From a virus: a DNA stretch of 64,000 nt. Location: positions 32,001-96,000 of the IMG/VR virus record IMGVR_UViG_3300005471_000011. One strand, written 5' to 3'. Both the position numbers and the translations under genes were made by a program. The notes beneath the pieces were generated by a model. It saw only the letters and a program-made list of their open reading frames with translations. It ran no database searches and had not been told where the DNA came from. Of this stretch, positions 18,601 to 27,888 are shown piece after piece (positions within the stretch are counted from its first letter, which is position 1; each line of letters begins with the position of its first letter).

Positions 18601-19288
18601 GACCTCAAATCTCATCATCGACGGCTGCGTGTATCGGGGCGACACCACCGCGGGAGAACCAACGTATCGCGGACTGATGTGGGGCGACTACTGGAATGGC
18701 GGCGACTCCCACATTCGCAACTGCGACTTCCGTGGATGCATGGATGGGATTAGCGGGAACACCAACATTCACGGTACTCTGAGGATCGAGAACGTCAATC
18801 TGCTGGTGAAGCAACACGGCATTGCGATTGATACGCCGTCAACGCCGGGCACGGGCAGCGGCTCCGGGGACCAGGAAATCCGCATCGTCAACTGCCCGGA
18901 GGTGACGTTCTACGGCTCGGTGAGCCCGCGATATGAAATCGCGATGGTTTATTCGATTGCCGCTGGCAATACCAACCTGCGTGTGTTGCAGGCGGTGTAC
19001 ATCGAGGACTACCACCAAGTCACTGATGACAACTTCCGCTTGTATTACGAGGAGCAGCTCAGCACATACGTGATGCCGCAGTCCGTCGGCTCACCGACGT
19101 TCCTCACAGCTTGCCCAGAGGCTGATTTGACGAACGCGGAAGCCTACGTGGCCTACCACCAGGACGGCACCGCCAAGAGTCCGCCGGGCAGTTTAGGTGA
19201 CAGCGAAGGCTGTGCGATTGCGGGGGCGGTCGCTCCAGACGACTATACGACGCGAGCAGAGATTCTCGGTCTCATCGACGAAAGCTAG
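15632..19288 (+). CDS. Large virion or receptor-binding-like protein: LamG-like, G8-like and parallel beta-helix domains
   Basis: HIAIV...KLYVDNVLVG...YFDGEL (LamG-like); SGPWSSSATW..GLP (G8-like); VANLTSNV, LGRY-like IGRYAFHAH, WGMTVHGT, IEDGSE..N (G8/PbH family); ATNASPIVVT...GDEVYISGVGGNTAANG module. Confidence 0.65.
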   Translation: MRTKRKLIFVPAAAEGPSNFPSGAIGIFLLGGGSGDTIPNLVSGISDLTLVGSEDPPDDASNPPGNHDAIRFDGKLTLNSGIGPTYTHTFPLDYTKGTYAVSEPFPNTFGSGGTWGVRFRSAPWVFYGEGEYLPMASAGQMGICTFRPYDMATESELYPNIEDGARYLRFIRYDPTPGQLFMVAGEGNPELGPNSDRIDAVDAYPDYGMSDMDVDHIAIVSFTPEYVKLYVDNVLVGTTTRQTENYETDYLTIQLGLHNLIHSSERCYFDGELNWLAVYDRTLTGDATNEGENPTGEINALYEAMAAEPGTYPTYESIVLPHDTIPNLAVSADTKAISSGPWSSSATWDNGLPAAGDTWGICAGIVVDYDMGNDTTRYRAGGIAPTGRLRFPRDADSQLWIQHLMEYWDEDSGKLGWLDMGTETNPIQAAFTCETIILNEPLETGTAASPGVDPKQYGNGLISLGKWTAKGKERTRLLRLGAEPQATDTTLTLSATPTGWEDGDDLLIPDSRQLDSSTYLGNYASHWEIRQQASRSGTVVTLDSALSYDHPGGESNYSVGQGTGEADFLPHVANLTSNVIVRSEDGTGTRGHIFVTHRAHLDICDIRISQMGRTANGPASSGTQGLNNTILGKTVTGATNASPIVVTVSDDFTELRNLLHNGDEVYISGVGGNTAANGTFTIANVTLGLFVYTFELVGTTGNGAYTSGGTVNHIGTNQIGRYAFHAHHLYGPVNGVGDFSTETADLVLEATTATGDSILAATGSAGPDPIDLTGVQRQGRIERVVIDDPLPAPPSATLPASKWGMTVHGTGYLEIKDCVVLHYAGSGGAIEDGSEKHNAFIRVANFSCIGDVSARETDGRSGTGIFGIGFNNFFIDCVSAGCAGKYSGIVSGSGYLLFVPPSSTANTRQPLYPGADVHDGTEGVDYELVNILEQPIAAFYRNEAYGAIAAAIDIWHLGSGGYSTVDVTPTVLLECVSWHAWEEGLAFLYPTSNLIIDGCVYRGDTTAGEPTYRGLMWGDYWNGGDSHIRNCDFRGCMDGISGNTNIHGTLRIENVNLLVKQHGIAIDTPSTPGTGSGSGDQEIRIVNCPEVTFYGSVSPRYEIAMVYSIAAGNTNLRVLQAVYIEDYHQVTDDNFRLYYEEQLSTYVMPQSVGSPTFLTACPEADLTNAEAYVAYHQDGTAKSPPGSLGDSEGCAIAGAVAPDDYTTRAEILGLIDES

Positions 19289-19293
19289 AACCA

Positions 19294-20118
19294 ATGGCAT
19301 GGACCCAGCAAGTCGAGGACACTTTTACTGGTAGTTTTACCGACCAGATCGCCGGTCGGACCCCAGATACGCAGGGATCAGCTTGGGGGGCTGATCAAGG
19401 GACGGCTGCCGACTGGGTTATTGATGTAACACCCGACGCAATCGACATCGGGGCTTCCGGCGACACTTGGATACTGAACACGACAGCGCTGGCCGACAAG
19501 CAGGCGGCGGAAGTCGTGATGAAGGATGCGCAAGGGATCATCGGCGTCGGCGTGCGGCTGGACGCTTCCGGCAACGGCTACATGGCTCGTTGGGACAGCC
19601 GAGCAATCGCTCAGGATTTGCAGCTTTCCAAGATTTCTTCGGGGACGTTTTCCAGTCTAGGCAGTTACACGTCTGCAAATGGTGCTGATGGCGACGTGTT
19701 AAGAATTGAGGTTGATGGAACATCGTTGACCGTGCTAATCAACGGTTCTGTGGTAATAGGCCCGACGACGGATGCAACTTACAGTTCTGGCAACGCCGGA
19801 ATGTGGACGAATGCGGCAACGAACGGAAAGATCAACTCGTTTAAGGCTTTTGACGAGGCGGCTGATGAAAGCAGCTCCAGTGCGTCCTCGTCAAGCACTA
19901 GCAGCGTTTCGTCCAGTTCGACATCCTCCGCGAGCAGCTCCAGCACGAGTACGGTCAGTTCGTCATCGACGAGCAGCGAATCGTCCTCTTCGACATCTTC
20001 TGCATCCTCTAGTTCCACGTCTTCAGCGTCCAGCTCGTCAAGTTCTTCGAGCGCCGACGTTATCGCTTTTGTCCCCATCCTGAAACGGAGATACGTCCAT
20101 GAGAGTTTATACGCTTGA
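19294..20118 (+). CDS. Beta-sandwich (lectin-like) protein with C-terminal Ser tract
   Basis: GDVLRIEVDGTSLTVLING..TDATYSSGNAG, then DEAADE followed by about 60 Ser/Thr residues. Confidence 0.7.
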   Translation: MAWTQQVEDTFTGSFTDQIAGRTPDTQGSAWGADQGTAADWVIDVTPDAIDIGASGDTWILNTTALADKQAAEVVMKDAQGIIGVGVRLDASGNGYMARWDSRAIAQDLQLSKISSGTFSSLGSYTSANGADGDVLRIEVDGTSLTVLINGSVVIGPTTDATYSSGNAGMWTNAATNGKINSFKAFDEAADESSSSASSSSTSSVSSSSTSSASSSSTSTVSSSSTSSESSSSTSSASSSSTSSASSSSSSSSADVIAFVPILKRRYVHESLYA

Positions 20119-20587
20119 GCATCAGATCGCGGCGCTGAACCCGGCGGCTGGCGACAGCCTGCTGATCATCGAGCTGCCCAGTGATCTCGTCGTCGCGATC
20201 TTTAAGGTCGGGGTTTACAATCTCGACAATGACGTGCACGAAATGATCGACGTGGGGCTGTTCCGCGTCAACAACAAGGGCAGCCTTGCGGGCGGTGGCT
20301 CAGCGCCAACGCCGCGCCTGCATGACGGCGGCGATGTAGCCAGCAGCGTGGTTGTCTATGAAGCAGGCAACACTGGCATGGCAACGGAGCCGACGAGCTG
20401 GTTTTCCAATCCATACGATCAGCAGGGCGTGTCGAATCTATCCGGCTACGAGCGGGAATGGCCGCGCGACGTGTCGAAATGCCCGATCCTCAGCCCCAGC
20501 CAATTGGCTGGCCTGCGCCTGATGACGGCAGTATCCACGGGATTCAAAGCCCAGTGCCTGATTGAGTTCGCCGAGATCGGAGGCTAG
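20099..20587 (+). CDS. Hypothetical structural protein
   Basis: GGAG RBS; in operon. Confidence 0.6.
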   Translation: MRVYTLEHQIAALNPAAGDSLLIIELPSDLVVAIFKVGVYNLDNDVHEMIDVGLFRVNNKGSLAGGGSAPTPRLHDGGDVASSVVVYEAGNTGMATEPTSWFSNPYDQQGVSNLSGYEREWPRDVSKCPILSPSQLAGLRLMTAVSTGFKAQCLIEFAEIGG

Positions 20588-20611
20588 TACGAATGACATG
20601 GAGGCGCAGCA

Positions 20612-20929
20612 ATGGTCACGTGGAAAATCTATTACGGGGACGCGAGCACGTTTTCCAATGAGGACGGGCCGCCTGAATCTGCGCCATGCGGCCGAGTCAT
20701 CTGCGTAGCGTTCTACGACGAGGACAATCGCCGCAAACTCTGCCATCAAGCGGACTTCTACATCTGGGACAAAGGCCGCTGGTTCTCCGCCAGCGATTCC
20801 GGTTTCTGGCAGTACATGGGCGAGCCAGGTTTCAAGGTCGTGAAGTTCGGCCGTGAGATCGGCGACTTGGAATACCGGCGGATCATGTCGGCAGCAATGA
20901 ACGACCTGCCGCTGGAGAACGCCGACTAA
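20612..20929 (+). CDS. Hypothetical protein
   Basis: GGAGG RBS; stop overlaps the next ATG. Confidence 0.65.
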   Translation: MVTWKIYYGDASTFSNEDGPPESAPCGRVICVAFYDEDNRRKLCHQADFYIWDKGRWFSASDSGFWQYMGEPGFKVVKFGREIGDLEYRRIMSAAMNDLPLENAD

Positions 20930-23421
20930 TGACATGCCCGGCCGCATTCAACCAGAAAGCTTTTCGCGGCCGAAACGACGACGGCAACGAGACGACTGCC
21001 ACCTGGAAGGCGAACCAGAACACCAACTGGACGCAACTCGTTGACGTCAATTTCCGGGTGCGGTTTGAGATCCAGGAGACGGCCGCTTGCGCGGGGGCCA
21101 ACAAGGTTTGGCGCCTGCAATACAACCGCAATTCCGCTGGCTGGGTTGACGTCAGCGGTTCCAGCAACGTCGTGCGCGCATCCGCGTCCGCGAATTTAGC
21201 GGACGGTGCAAACCTGACCGACCAGCTCACGGTTGGGACCGGGACGTTCATCGGCGCGACTGGCTTCGACGAAGTGGACGGCAATGCCGGCGGTGCCTCG
21301 ATGGACGTGGCCGCGTCCGGCCATTCGGAGTGCGAGTTTTCCGTACAACTGCGCTCGGCCGATGTGTCGGACGGCGACGCGATTCAGCTTCGCGTCAGCG
21401 ACGCCGGGACGGCAATCGCCGCATACGATGCGACGCCTAGCATGACCGCAGACGTGCAAAGCGCCAGCTCTGCAAGCTCGGTCAGCAGTTCCAGCACCAG
21501 CAGCATTTCATCGTCCTCGACGAGTTCTGCGTCATCATCGTCAACGAGTTCCGCAAGCTCAGTCAGCAGCTCTAGTACCTCGTCGGCAAGCTCCAGCAGC
21601 ACGTCGTCAGCCTCAAGTGTTTCCAGTTCATCAACCTCCAGCGCCAGTTCTGTTTCGTCGGAATCATCTTCCAGTACGAGCAGCGAATCTTCGTCGAGCA
21701 CAAGCACGGCCAGCTCACTGTCTTCATCATCAACTTCGTCGGCCAGCTCGGTATCAAGCAGCAGTTCTAGTACCTCGCAGAGCGCCGGCGGTACCAGCTA
21801 TCGTTACGTCATCACGCGGCGGACGACGCGGTTCCTGTACGAGGAATATCCGCTGCCAAGAACAGCCGCGGATCGCCTGGCACCACAGGAGGAAGAAAGC
21901 AGCAATAGTTCTAGCTCGACCTCCAGCGCAAGTTCTTCGTCAACGTCTAGCGCTTCGTCCTCAAGCACGAGCACGGAATCATCGAGCGTCAGCAGCTCCT
22001 CGACATCCACGGCTTCAAGCAGCTCAACCTCGTCGGCGTCGTCGAGCAGCACGAGCACCGCTTCCTCGCTGAGTAGCGAATCCAGCGTCAGTTCGGTTTC
22101 GAGTTCCTCTACTAGCAGCGAGTCATCAAGCAGTACGTCCTCGGCAAGTAGTATTTCGTCATCGAGCACCAGTAGCGCCAGTTCTGTTTCCAGCAGCTCA
22201 ACATCCTCACCGACAAGCGAATCCAGCGCTAGTTCGGTGTCCAGCTCCAGCGTCAGTAGCTCATCCACCTCCAGCGAATCATCTTCCAGTACATCGTCGA
22301 TCAGCTCTAGCTCCACAAGCACTGCCTCCACAAGTTCTTCTGGCGTTGGCCCAACCATCGTTTATGTGGTGATCCGGCGAACCATGCGGTTTGCTAAGCC
22401 GGAAGATGATCGCTCGGACGCCGTCATCGTCGAAACGACTGTTGTCGAAGATGAGGAGTCGAGTTCATCCACAGCCAGCAGCGTTTCTTCGTCGAGCACA
22501 AGTTCCGCCAGCTCCAGCTCGACATCCACTGTTTCTTCATCCTCGACCAGCTCGGCAAGTTCGGTCAGTTCGGTCAGTAGTAGCTCCACTTCATCCGCTT
22601 CTTCAAGCAGCACGTCGAGCGTCTCAATCGCCAGTTCGCTGAGTTCGGTTTCCAGCTTATCGACATCAAGCATCTCGTCGTCTAGCACCAGTACCGCGAG
22701 TAGCAGCGTTTCATCCTCTAGCACTAGCAGTGCGAGCAGCAGCTCGACATCCAGCGCATCCTCAAGCAGCACGTCAACGCAAAGCAGCTCAGTATCGAGT
22801 TCTTCTACGTCGAGCATTTCAAGCAGCTCTACGTCGTCGATCAGCTCTAGCTCAACGTCAACCGAAAGCAGTTCCCAGTCGGTGGACGAGTCAACGTCCA
22901 GCACGCGATCTTCGTCCAGCACGTCGAGCATTTCGAGTTCATCGACCTCCTCCGCATCGTCGATCAGCTCCGTCAGCAGCAGCTCGACCTCCAGCGTTAG
23001 CTCGGCATCCTCCGCCAGCTCGTCTAGCACGAGCACCGCGTCGAGTTTGTCCAGCTCCTCAACGTCCTCGGTCAGCAGCGTTAGTTCTGTTTCAAGTTCA
23101 AGCACCTCAAGCGTCAGCAGCGCATCGACGCTCAGCTCCTCTTCGACGAGTTCAATCTCCAGCCTGTCCTCGGCCAGCTCGCAAAGTTCCTCCAGCACCA
23201 GCTCGGCAAGCAGTTCCTCGACAAGCAGCATCTCCTCATCGAGCACGAGTAGCCTGTCTTCTCAAAGCAGTTCCAGCCTTTCCACGAGTTCCAGCTCCAG
23301 CGGTTTGGGATTGTTTCCGGCCTGCGCAGGTGCTACAAGGGTTGGGATTGCTCACGCGGGAGCACGACGGGTAGGACCATACACTGCGGGGGCGCAGCGC
23401 AAGTCGGAGGAACGCGAATGA
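20929..23421 (+). CDS. Mucin-like protein: beta-rich N-domain plus three long Ser/Thr tracts
   Basis: Tracts at about 21460-21783, 21898-22341 and 22459-23301, separated by two related linkers (YRYVITRRTTRF / IVYVVIRRTMRF). Confidence 0.75.
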   Translation: MTCPAAFNQKAFRGRNDDGNETTATWKANQNTNWTQLVDVNFRVRFEIQETAACAGANKVWRLQYNRNSAGWVDVSGSSNVVRASASANLADGANLTDQLTVGTGTFIGATGFDEVDGNAGGASMDVAASGHSECEFSVQLRSADVSDGDAIQLRVSDAGTAIAAYDATPSMTADVQSASSASSVSSSSTSSISSSSTSSASSSSTSSASSVSSSSTSSASSSSTSSASSVSSSSTSSASSVSSESSSSTSSESSSSTSTASSLSSSSTSSASSVSSSSSSTSQSAGGTSYRYVITRRTTRFLYEEYPLPRTAADRLAPQEEESSNSSSSTSSASSSSTSSASSSSTSTESSSVSSSSTSTASSSSTSSASSSSTSTASSLSSESSVSSVSSSSTSSESSSSTSSASSISSSSTSSASSVSSSSTSSPTSESSASSVSSSSVSSSSTSSESSSSTSSISSSSTSTASTSSSGVGPTIVYVVIRRTMRFAKPEDDRSDAVIVETTVVEDEESSSSTASSVSSSSTSSASSSSTSTVSSSSTSSASSVSSVSSSSTSSASSSSTSSVSIASSLSSVSSLSTSSISSSSTSTASSSVSSSSTSSASSSSTSSASSSSTSTQSSSVSSSSTSSISSSSTSSISSSSTSTESSSQSVDESTSSTRSSSSTSSISSSSTSSASSISSVSSSSTSSVSSASSASSSSTSTASSLSSSSTSSVSSVSSVSSSSTSSVSSASTLSSSSTSSISSLSSASSQSSSSTSSASSSSTSSISSSSTSSLSSQSSSSLSTSSSSSGLGLFPACAGATRVGIAHAGARRVGPYTAGAQRKSEERE

Positions 23422-23798
23422 CGGTTGCCAACAATGCGGGGCTGACGTTCTACGCCGAGCGCAACCGCAAGTGCGTGTTCGAGGTGCCAATCGGGGAAGC
23501 GGACCTTGACGACGCTTTGATCGCCAGCGACGACAATGTTCGCGTCAAGATCGGGCGCAATGGGCAGGCACCGCTTCTAGAAATCCAAAGCGCCAGCGCA
23601 ACGGACAACGGGAGCATCTGCACGGCCGCCAACCCAACTATTGTCACCATCGCGGCCGGGGACATGACTTTCGCCGCCGGCATCTACGATATGGAGGTTC
23701 TGATCATCGACAAGTCGGAAGCCAACGCGCCGAAGAAGGCGGAGACCGGCGTGTTTGTCTTGCGTGAATCTTTCGGCGGAGATGTTGGGCTAACGTAA
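23418..23798 (+). CDS. Hypothetical structural protein (Ig-like beta sandwich likely)
   Basis: AGIYDMEV motif; coupled to the upstream stop. Confidence 0.55.
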   Translation: MTVANNAGLTFYAERNRKCVFEVPIGEADLDDALIASDDNVRVKIGRNGQAPLLEIQSASATDNGSICTAANPTIVTIAAGDMTFAAGIYDMEVLIIDKSEANAPKKAETGVFVLRESFGGDVGLT

Positions 23799-23809
23799 AT
23801 GGTGCCACT

Positions 23810-24634
23810 ATGATTGTCCTTGAGGCTGAACTTCGCGGGGCGCTGGGATTGCTGCCGAACATCACCGACGTGCAGCGGGTGCGGTGCACGCTGGCGCTGC
23901 TGGGCGGGCACGCTGCCGTGCGGACCTATATCCACTACGACCCCGAGCAAAAGGCAGGTATTGCTGAGTTCTACCCCAGGAACGAGCTGAGCGCCGTAGA
24001 AAGCCTTGACGGCACGTGGGACGTGTCCGGCGGCAAGGCTGTCTTTGAAGGCGACACGCTGCTCGGAAGGTATTTGCAACTTCAGCGGCTTCCGGTTCGT
24101 GCAGTCACTGATCTTCGCGTTGACCTGGACGCACGCAGCGGGCAAGGAGCAGGGGATTTTGCATCCGATACCATCTGGACCGTCGGCGAGGACTACTGGG
24201 TGGAGTGGGACCAGGCGAATGTGTGCTTATCGGGGCAGTTGATCAGCGACCGCGGTTGGCCAGCATCCATCGGTAAGGTCCGCGTCGTCTATCGCGCGGG
24301 CTATAGTCCAATCGAGTTCAATGGTCCGGCGGCGGAAAGCGACACCGATGGCGAGGATGTCATCACGACGCAAGGGATTGACGCCAGCGCGCTGAAGTAC
24401 GGCTGCCTGATGGCTTGCGTCGCCAAGTTCCATACCCTTAGCTCGTGGGCGGTCAACTCGATCACCGGATCGCTCACCACCGGTCCGCTCCAGAGCGAAC
24501 GCATGGGCGACTACAACTATACGCTCGCCAATCCCCAGGCTTCGTCGCTAGTCGCCGGCATGGCAAATACGCTGCCGAACGAGATCAAAGAATACCTTGA
24601 GCCCTTCGTCAATTATGGGATTCTCGTTGGATGA
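23810..24634 (+). CDS. Head-tail connector / adaptor protein
   Basis: LQRLPVRAVT, VRVVYRAGY, QSERMGDYNYT, IKEYLEPF pattern of gp6/gp15-like adaptors. Confidence 0.65.
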   Translation: MIVLEAELRGALGLLPNITDVQRVRCTLALLGGHAAVRTYIHYDPEQKAGIAEFYPRNELSAVESLDGTWDVSGGKAVFEGDTLLGRYLQLQRLPVRAVTDLRVDLDARSGQGAGDFASDTIWTVGEDYWVEWDQANVCLSGQLISDRGWPASIGKVRVVYRAGYSPIEFNGPAAESDTDGEDVITTQGIDASALKYGCLMACVAKFHTLSSWAVNSITGSLTTGPLQSERMGDYNYTLANPQASSLVAGMANTLPNEIKEYLEPFVNYGILVG

Positions 24635-24825
24635 GCTTGCCGACAAACCTGTACTGCGAATGCGGACGCATCGCACTTTACGCGCGGAACGTACAAGGCA
24701 AGGCACGAGCGCAAAGCGTCTGCCGGGAGTGCCACGAGCAGGAAGTCCGCAACAGCATTCGCGAGCCTGGTTTTATTGAGTCTCGCGCCGAGCGCATCAT
24801 CCGCAAGCCGATTGGGTCTGTATGA
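24631..24825 (+). CDS. Small Cys-containing protein
   Basis: CECG...CRECH; overlapping start and stop codons. Confidence 0.5.
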   Translation: MSLPTNLYCECGRIALYARNVQGKARAQSVCRECHEQEVRNSIREPGFIESRAERIIRKPIGSV

Positions 24826-25283
24826 TCTACAAACTGACGGAACAAGTCTGGTGGGGCAACTGGGAATCGCCAGTGGAGGCCGGGCGGGATGTTCGCTGCA
24901 TCATCAATGTTGCACATAGCTTCAGCCGCCGCCGAGGACGGAATGCCTATTGGGCGCGCCAAGAGCAGGTCCCGTGGGAGACGATTACCTTTCGATTTGC
25001 CAAGAAGGACCGGATGGATGTGACGCCTGAATACCTGGCAGCAATAGCGTCCGCCGTTGATTCAGCAGTGCTTCTCGGCAAGCTGCCAATCTTGACGCAT
25101 TGCCAGATGGGCGGGCATCGCGGGCCAACCACTGCCTTGTTCGTCGCGTGGCATTTGGCGGGCAGAACGCGATCCGCCTTCAATGAGCTGCACGCCAAGG
25201 CGCTGAAGTTGTTCCCGCGTCTCGCCAACGGCAGCAATTTTTACAAGTCAACGCTGGCTTTCTGCGAAGTGAACAGCCGATGA
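24822..25283 (+). CDS. Dual-specificity / PTP-like phosphatase
   Basis: CIINVA and ILTHCQMGGHRG (HCx5R P-loop). Confidence 0.75.
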   Translation: MIYKLTEQVWWGNWESPVEAGRDVRCIINVAHSFSRRRGRNAYWARQEQVPWETITFRFAKKDRMDVTPEYLAAIASAVDSAVLLGKLPILTHCQMGGHRGPTTALFVAWHLAGRTRSAFNELHAKALKLFPRLANGSNFYKSTLAFCEVNSR

Positions 25284-25633
25284 GCCTGCTCGACAACTTT
25301 CCGCACACGATTGACTTAGCCAGGGCGACGTACAGCGTTGGCGGCTACGGTGGCGACAAGCATACGCTGACGAGCTTCATTACGGGAGAAGCCGCGTGGG
25401 TTCAGGTCGCTTCGCAAAAAGAAATCGCGGAGTTCGCAAAGAAAGACCAGGACGTCAGCCACAAGATTTACCTTCGCCGCGATCCAGGACTTCAGCTTGA
25501 CGACGATATCTTGGTCCACGGCGGACCCTACGACGGCAAGCACCTAAAGGCGAAGAGCTGGGCGGACGCGACGGCTGGCCTTGGGTACGCATGGAAGTTG
25601 TTCGCATCCCTCAACCGCGAGTCGCAAGCATGA
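25280..25633 (+). CDS. Head closure (stopper) protein
   Basis: Size, position, and GGYGG..AWVQ..SHKIY pattern. Confidence 0.55.
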   Translation: MSLLDNFPHTIDLARATYSVGGYGGDKHTLTSFITGEAAWVQVASQKEIAEFAKKDQDVSHKIYLRRDPGLQLDDDILVHGGPYDGKHLKAKSWADATAGLGYAWKLFASLNRESQA

Positions 25634-25971
25634 ACGTCGTTGGATTCGCCTCGCTGGATGATTTCATCGGCGAGCTGCGCCGCGAGAAAAACAACATCGC
25701 CGACCGCATCGTGCGCTGGCACGAGAACCGCAGCCCGGAGCAGGAAGAACAGCTAACATTTCACTTGGAAGTCTGGGCGACAGCCATCGCCAAGTGCGAG
25801 GACAATGACTACCTGCTGGAGTTCGAAGCGGCGGCGGGACGGGACAGCGAGATCGACGGGGACCGCTCCAGCGAAGCCAGCCAGCGGGCGGCGACGGCAC
25901 GCGCCAAGCTAGCGGAAGCGTGCGACGACCTGGGGCTGCAACTGCGTCCCGGCAAGATTGAGGTCTGCTAG
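25630..25971 (+). CDS. Hypothetical protein
   Basis: ATG at 25630 overlaps the upstream stop. Confidence 0.55.
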   Translation: MNVVGFASLDDFIGELRREKNNIADRIVRWHENRSPEQEEQLTFHLEVWATAIAKCEDNDYLLEFEAAAGRDSEIDGDRSSEASQRAATARAKLAEACDDLGLQLRPGKIEVC

Positions 25972-26451
25972 ATGGCGAAGCTGCCAAATTCGCGCATGCC
26001 GCTGGAAGCGTTCAACGCCCGCACGCTCAAAAATTGGAACCTCAAGCGGATCAAGTTCGACGTTCGGCTCAACCTGAACATCGACCGGCTGGTTGCCAAT
26101 ACCAAGCTGACGGTCGCGCAGAGGATCAAGATTGCAGGCCAGCTACTGCGCGACGGCGTTGTGGTAAATTTGTCCCGCCCAGTCCGCAAGTACCGCAGCA
26201 AGCGCACCGGCAAGATGGTGGTCGATCCCAAGAGCCGCAGCGTGCGCGGGGAATTCCCGCGTGCCGATACGACGCGGCTTCTCAAGGACATCTACCATCT
26301 CTTCCGGTCGGAGGAGCTTGCCAGCTACGTAGGCACGCGCCTGCTATACGGGAAGATTCTGGAAACGAGAATGGATCGTTCGTTCCTGCGCCGCACACTG
26401 AATGAGCTGCGCGGAAAATTGCTGATGATCGTCCGGGGAAGCAAGCTATAA
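25972..26451 (+). CDS. Neck protein (HK97 gp10-like)
   Basis: Basic protein; RS..GEFPRADTTRL..DI, VGT...YGKILE, RSFLRRTL. Confidence 0.6.
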   Translation: MAKLPNSRMPLEAFNARTLKNWNLKRIKFDVRLNLNIDRLVANTKLTVAQRIKIAGQLLRDGVVVNLSRPVRKYRSKRTGKMVVDPKSRSVRGEFPRADTTRLLKDIYHLFRSEELASYVGTRLLYGKILETRMDRSFLRRTLNELRGKLLMIVRGSKL

Positions 26452-26458
26452 TCCGGCC

Positions 26459-26977
26459 ATGACAATTAACCCCCGCGGCAGTTGGTCCATCCATAAGGCA
26501 ATCGAAGAGCGCTGGGTGGACAAGGGCTTGGACACAGCATTCCGCGCCGAGTGGCCCACCCCGGCTACCACGCAGTATCTCAGCCTGAACGATTCAGAGG
26601 CGCGCCCCGGCAAGCCGATCCATCCGACGCCGTATTGCGTCTATGAGGTTGGCGAGCCAATCATCCTGAGCCACAGCACGGGCGCGGCAGATGACGACGT
26701 TCCGGTGGATACCCATCGCAAGTACATCGACGTTCCTGTGCAGTTCACGATCTACGCCATACAGAAGGGTGCTTTAAACGGCAAAGAGATGGCTGTCCAG
26801 TTCGCCAAGCTTGTCGCCCGGCAATTCGACAGGGCTTTATATACGCTTGAGGAGGACGAGCAGATCGACGTGATGATCGATCCCGACTTCGGCACCAGGC
26901 AGGATGACCAGACCTGGTCCTGGACGCTCCAGTACCGCATCAGAATCGAAGGCAAGTATCTGATCGCCTTGTCTTGA
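26459..26977 (+). CDS. Tail terminator / completion protein
   Basis: TPYCVY, VQFTIY motifs; position before the tube gene. Confidence 0.55.
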   Translation: MTINPRGSWSIHKAIEERWVDKGLDTAFRAEWPTPATTQYLSLNDSEARPGKPIHPTPYCVYEVGEPIILSHSTGAADDDVPVDTHRKYIDVPVQFTIYAIQKGALNGKEMAVQFAKLVARQFDRALYTLEEDEQIDVMIDPDFGTRQDDQTWSWTLQYRIRIEGKYLIALS

Positions 26978-27105
26978 GCGTTACGGCTTGACCCGCCGGA
27001 GAGGCGGGTGCTACAACTACGCTCTGCATTCGGACCCGGCGCGAGCATTCCGCTCGCAACGCCTCGCCGCTGGTTCGCACCTTCCTTGGGAAGCGGTGCG
27101 CGGCG

Positions 27106-27873
27106 ATGAACCGAAGCGCGAGCGGCAAGATTCGGCTAACGCTGGAATCCACGCTGGTCAACTTGCTTGACAGCCAAGTCCCGGCGACCTGCTCCGTCGG
27201 CGCGGACTTCTCGGCCACGCTGAACAACGGCATCGAAGCTGACCAGTTTAACCGCGCCTGGGCAAGCGGGGACCGGGCGCTTTCTTCCGGCGCAAGCGAG
27301 ACGCTCGACCTTTACCAAATGACCGGCATGGACATCGGTGCCGGAGCGGGCAATGACGGCTTGGGGTTGGCGTGCCTTTTTGAAGAGATCGTCGCCATTG
27401 TGATCAATGTTTCGGCAGGGACCGGGGCGCTGGAAATCGAGCCCGGTGGCGCAAGTGGGTTGACGGCACTGGGGATATTGACGGCGGCGCTGGGCGGCGC
27501 GTTGAGCTTGAACGACTCACTGGTGCGGATTGCCAGATCGGCCGGCGGGATCGACCTATCCTCGACCAAGAAAAATGTCAAGTTCACTGCCAACGGTGGG
27601 CCGGTCACATACTCCGTGACGATCTTCGGACGCCATGACGACGAGGAAAGCTCATCTTCCAGCAGCAGCTCCACCAGTTCGCTGTCTTCTTCGAGCACGT
27701 CGTCCGTAAGCAGCGAGTCGTCCAGTAGCACCGCAAGCTCCAGCACAACTTCAACTTTGAGCAGCGTCAGCAGCTCTAGCACGTCGAGCGTTTCTTCGTC
27801 GAGCACTTCATCCGCGAGCAGTTCGTCTTCATCCACTAGCACAGCGAGCAGCAGCTCGTCCAGCAGTTCCTAG
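27106..27873 (+). CDS. Virion protein family paralog 1 with C-terminal Ser tract
   Basis: About 180-aa domain ending GRHDDEE, then Ser/Thr to the stop. Confidence 0.75.
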   Translation: MNRSASGKIRLTLESTLVNLLDSQVPATCSVGADFSATLNNGIEADQFNRAWASGDRALSSGASETLDLYQMTGMDIGAGAGNDGLGLACLFEEIVAIVINVSAGTGALEIEPGGASGLTALGILTAALGGALSLNDSLVRIARSAGGIDLSSTKKNVKFTANGGPVTYSVTIFGRHDDEESSSSSSSSTSSLSSSSTSSVSSESSSSTASSSTTSTLSSVSSSSTSSVSSSSTSSASSSSSSTSTASSSSSSSS

Positions 27874-27888
27874 TAAGGAAACACCACG

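Noticed and set aside
26978-27105. tRNA-like or ncRNA element in the gap before 27106
   Set aside because: Several GC-rich hairpins are present, but there is no cloverleaf or T-loop and nothing beyond what high GC would give.
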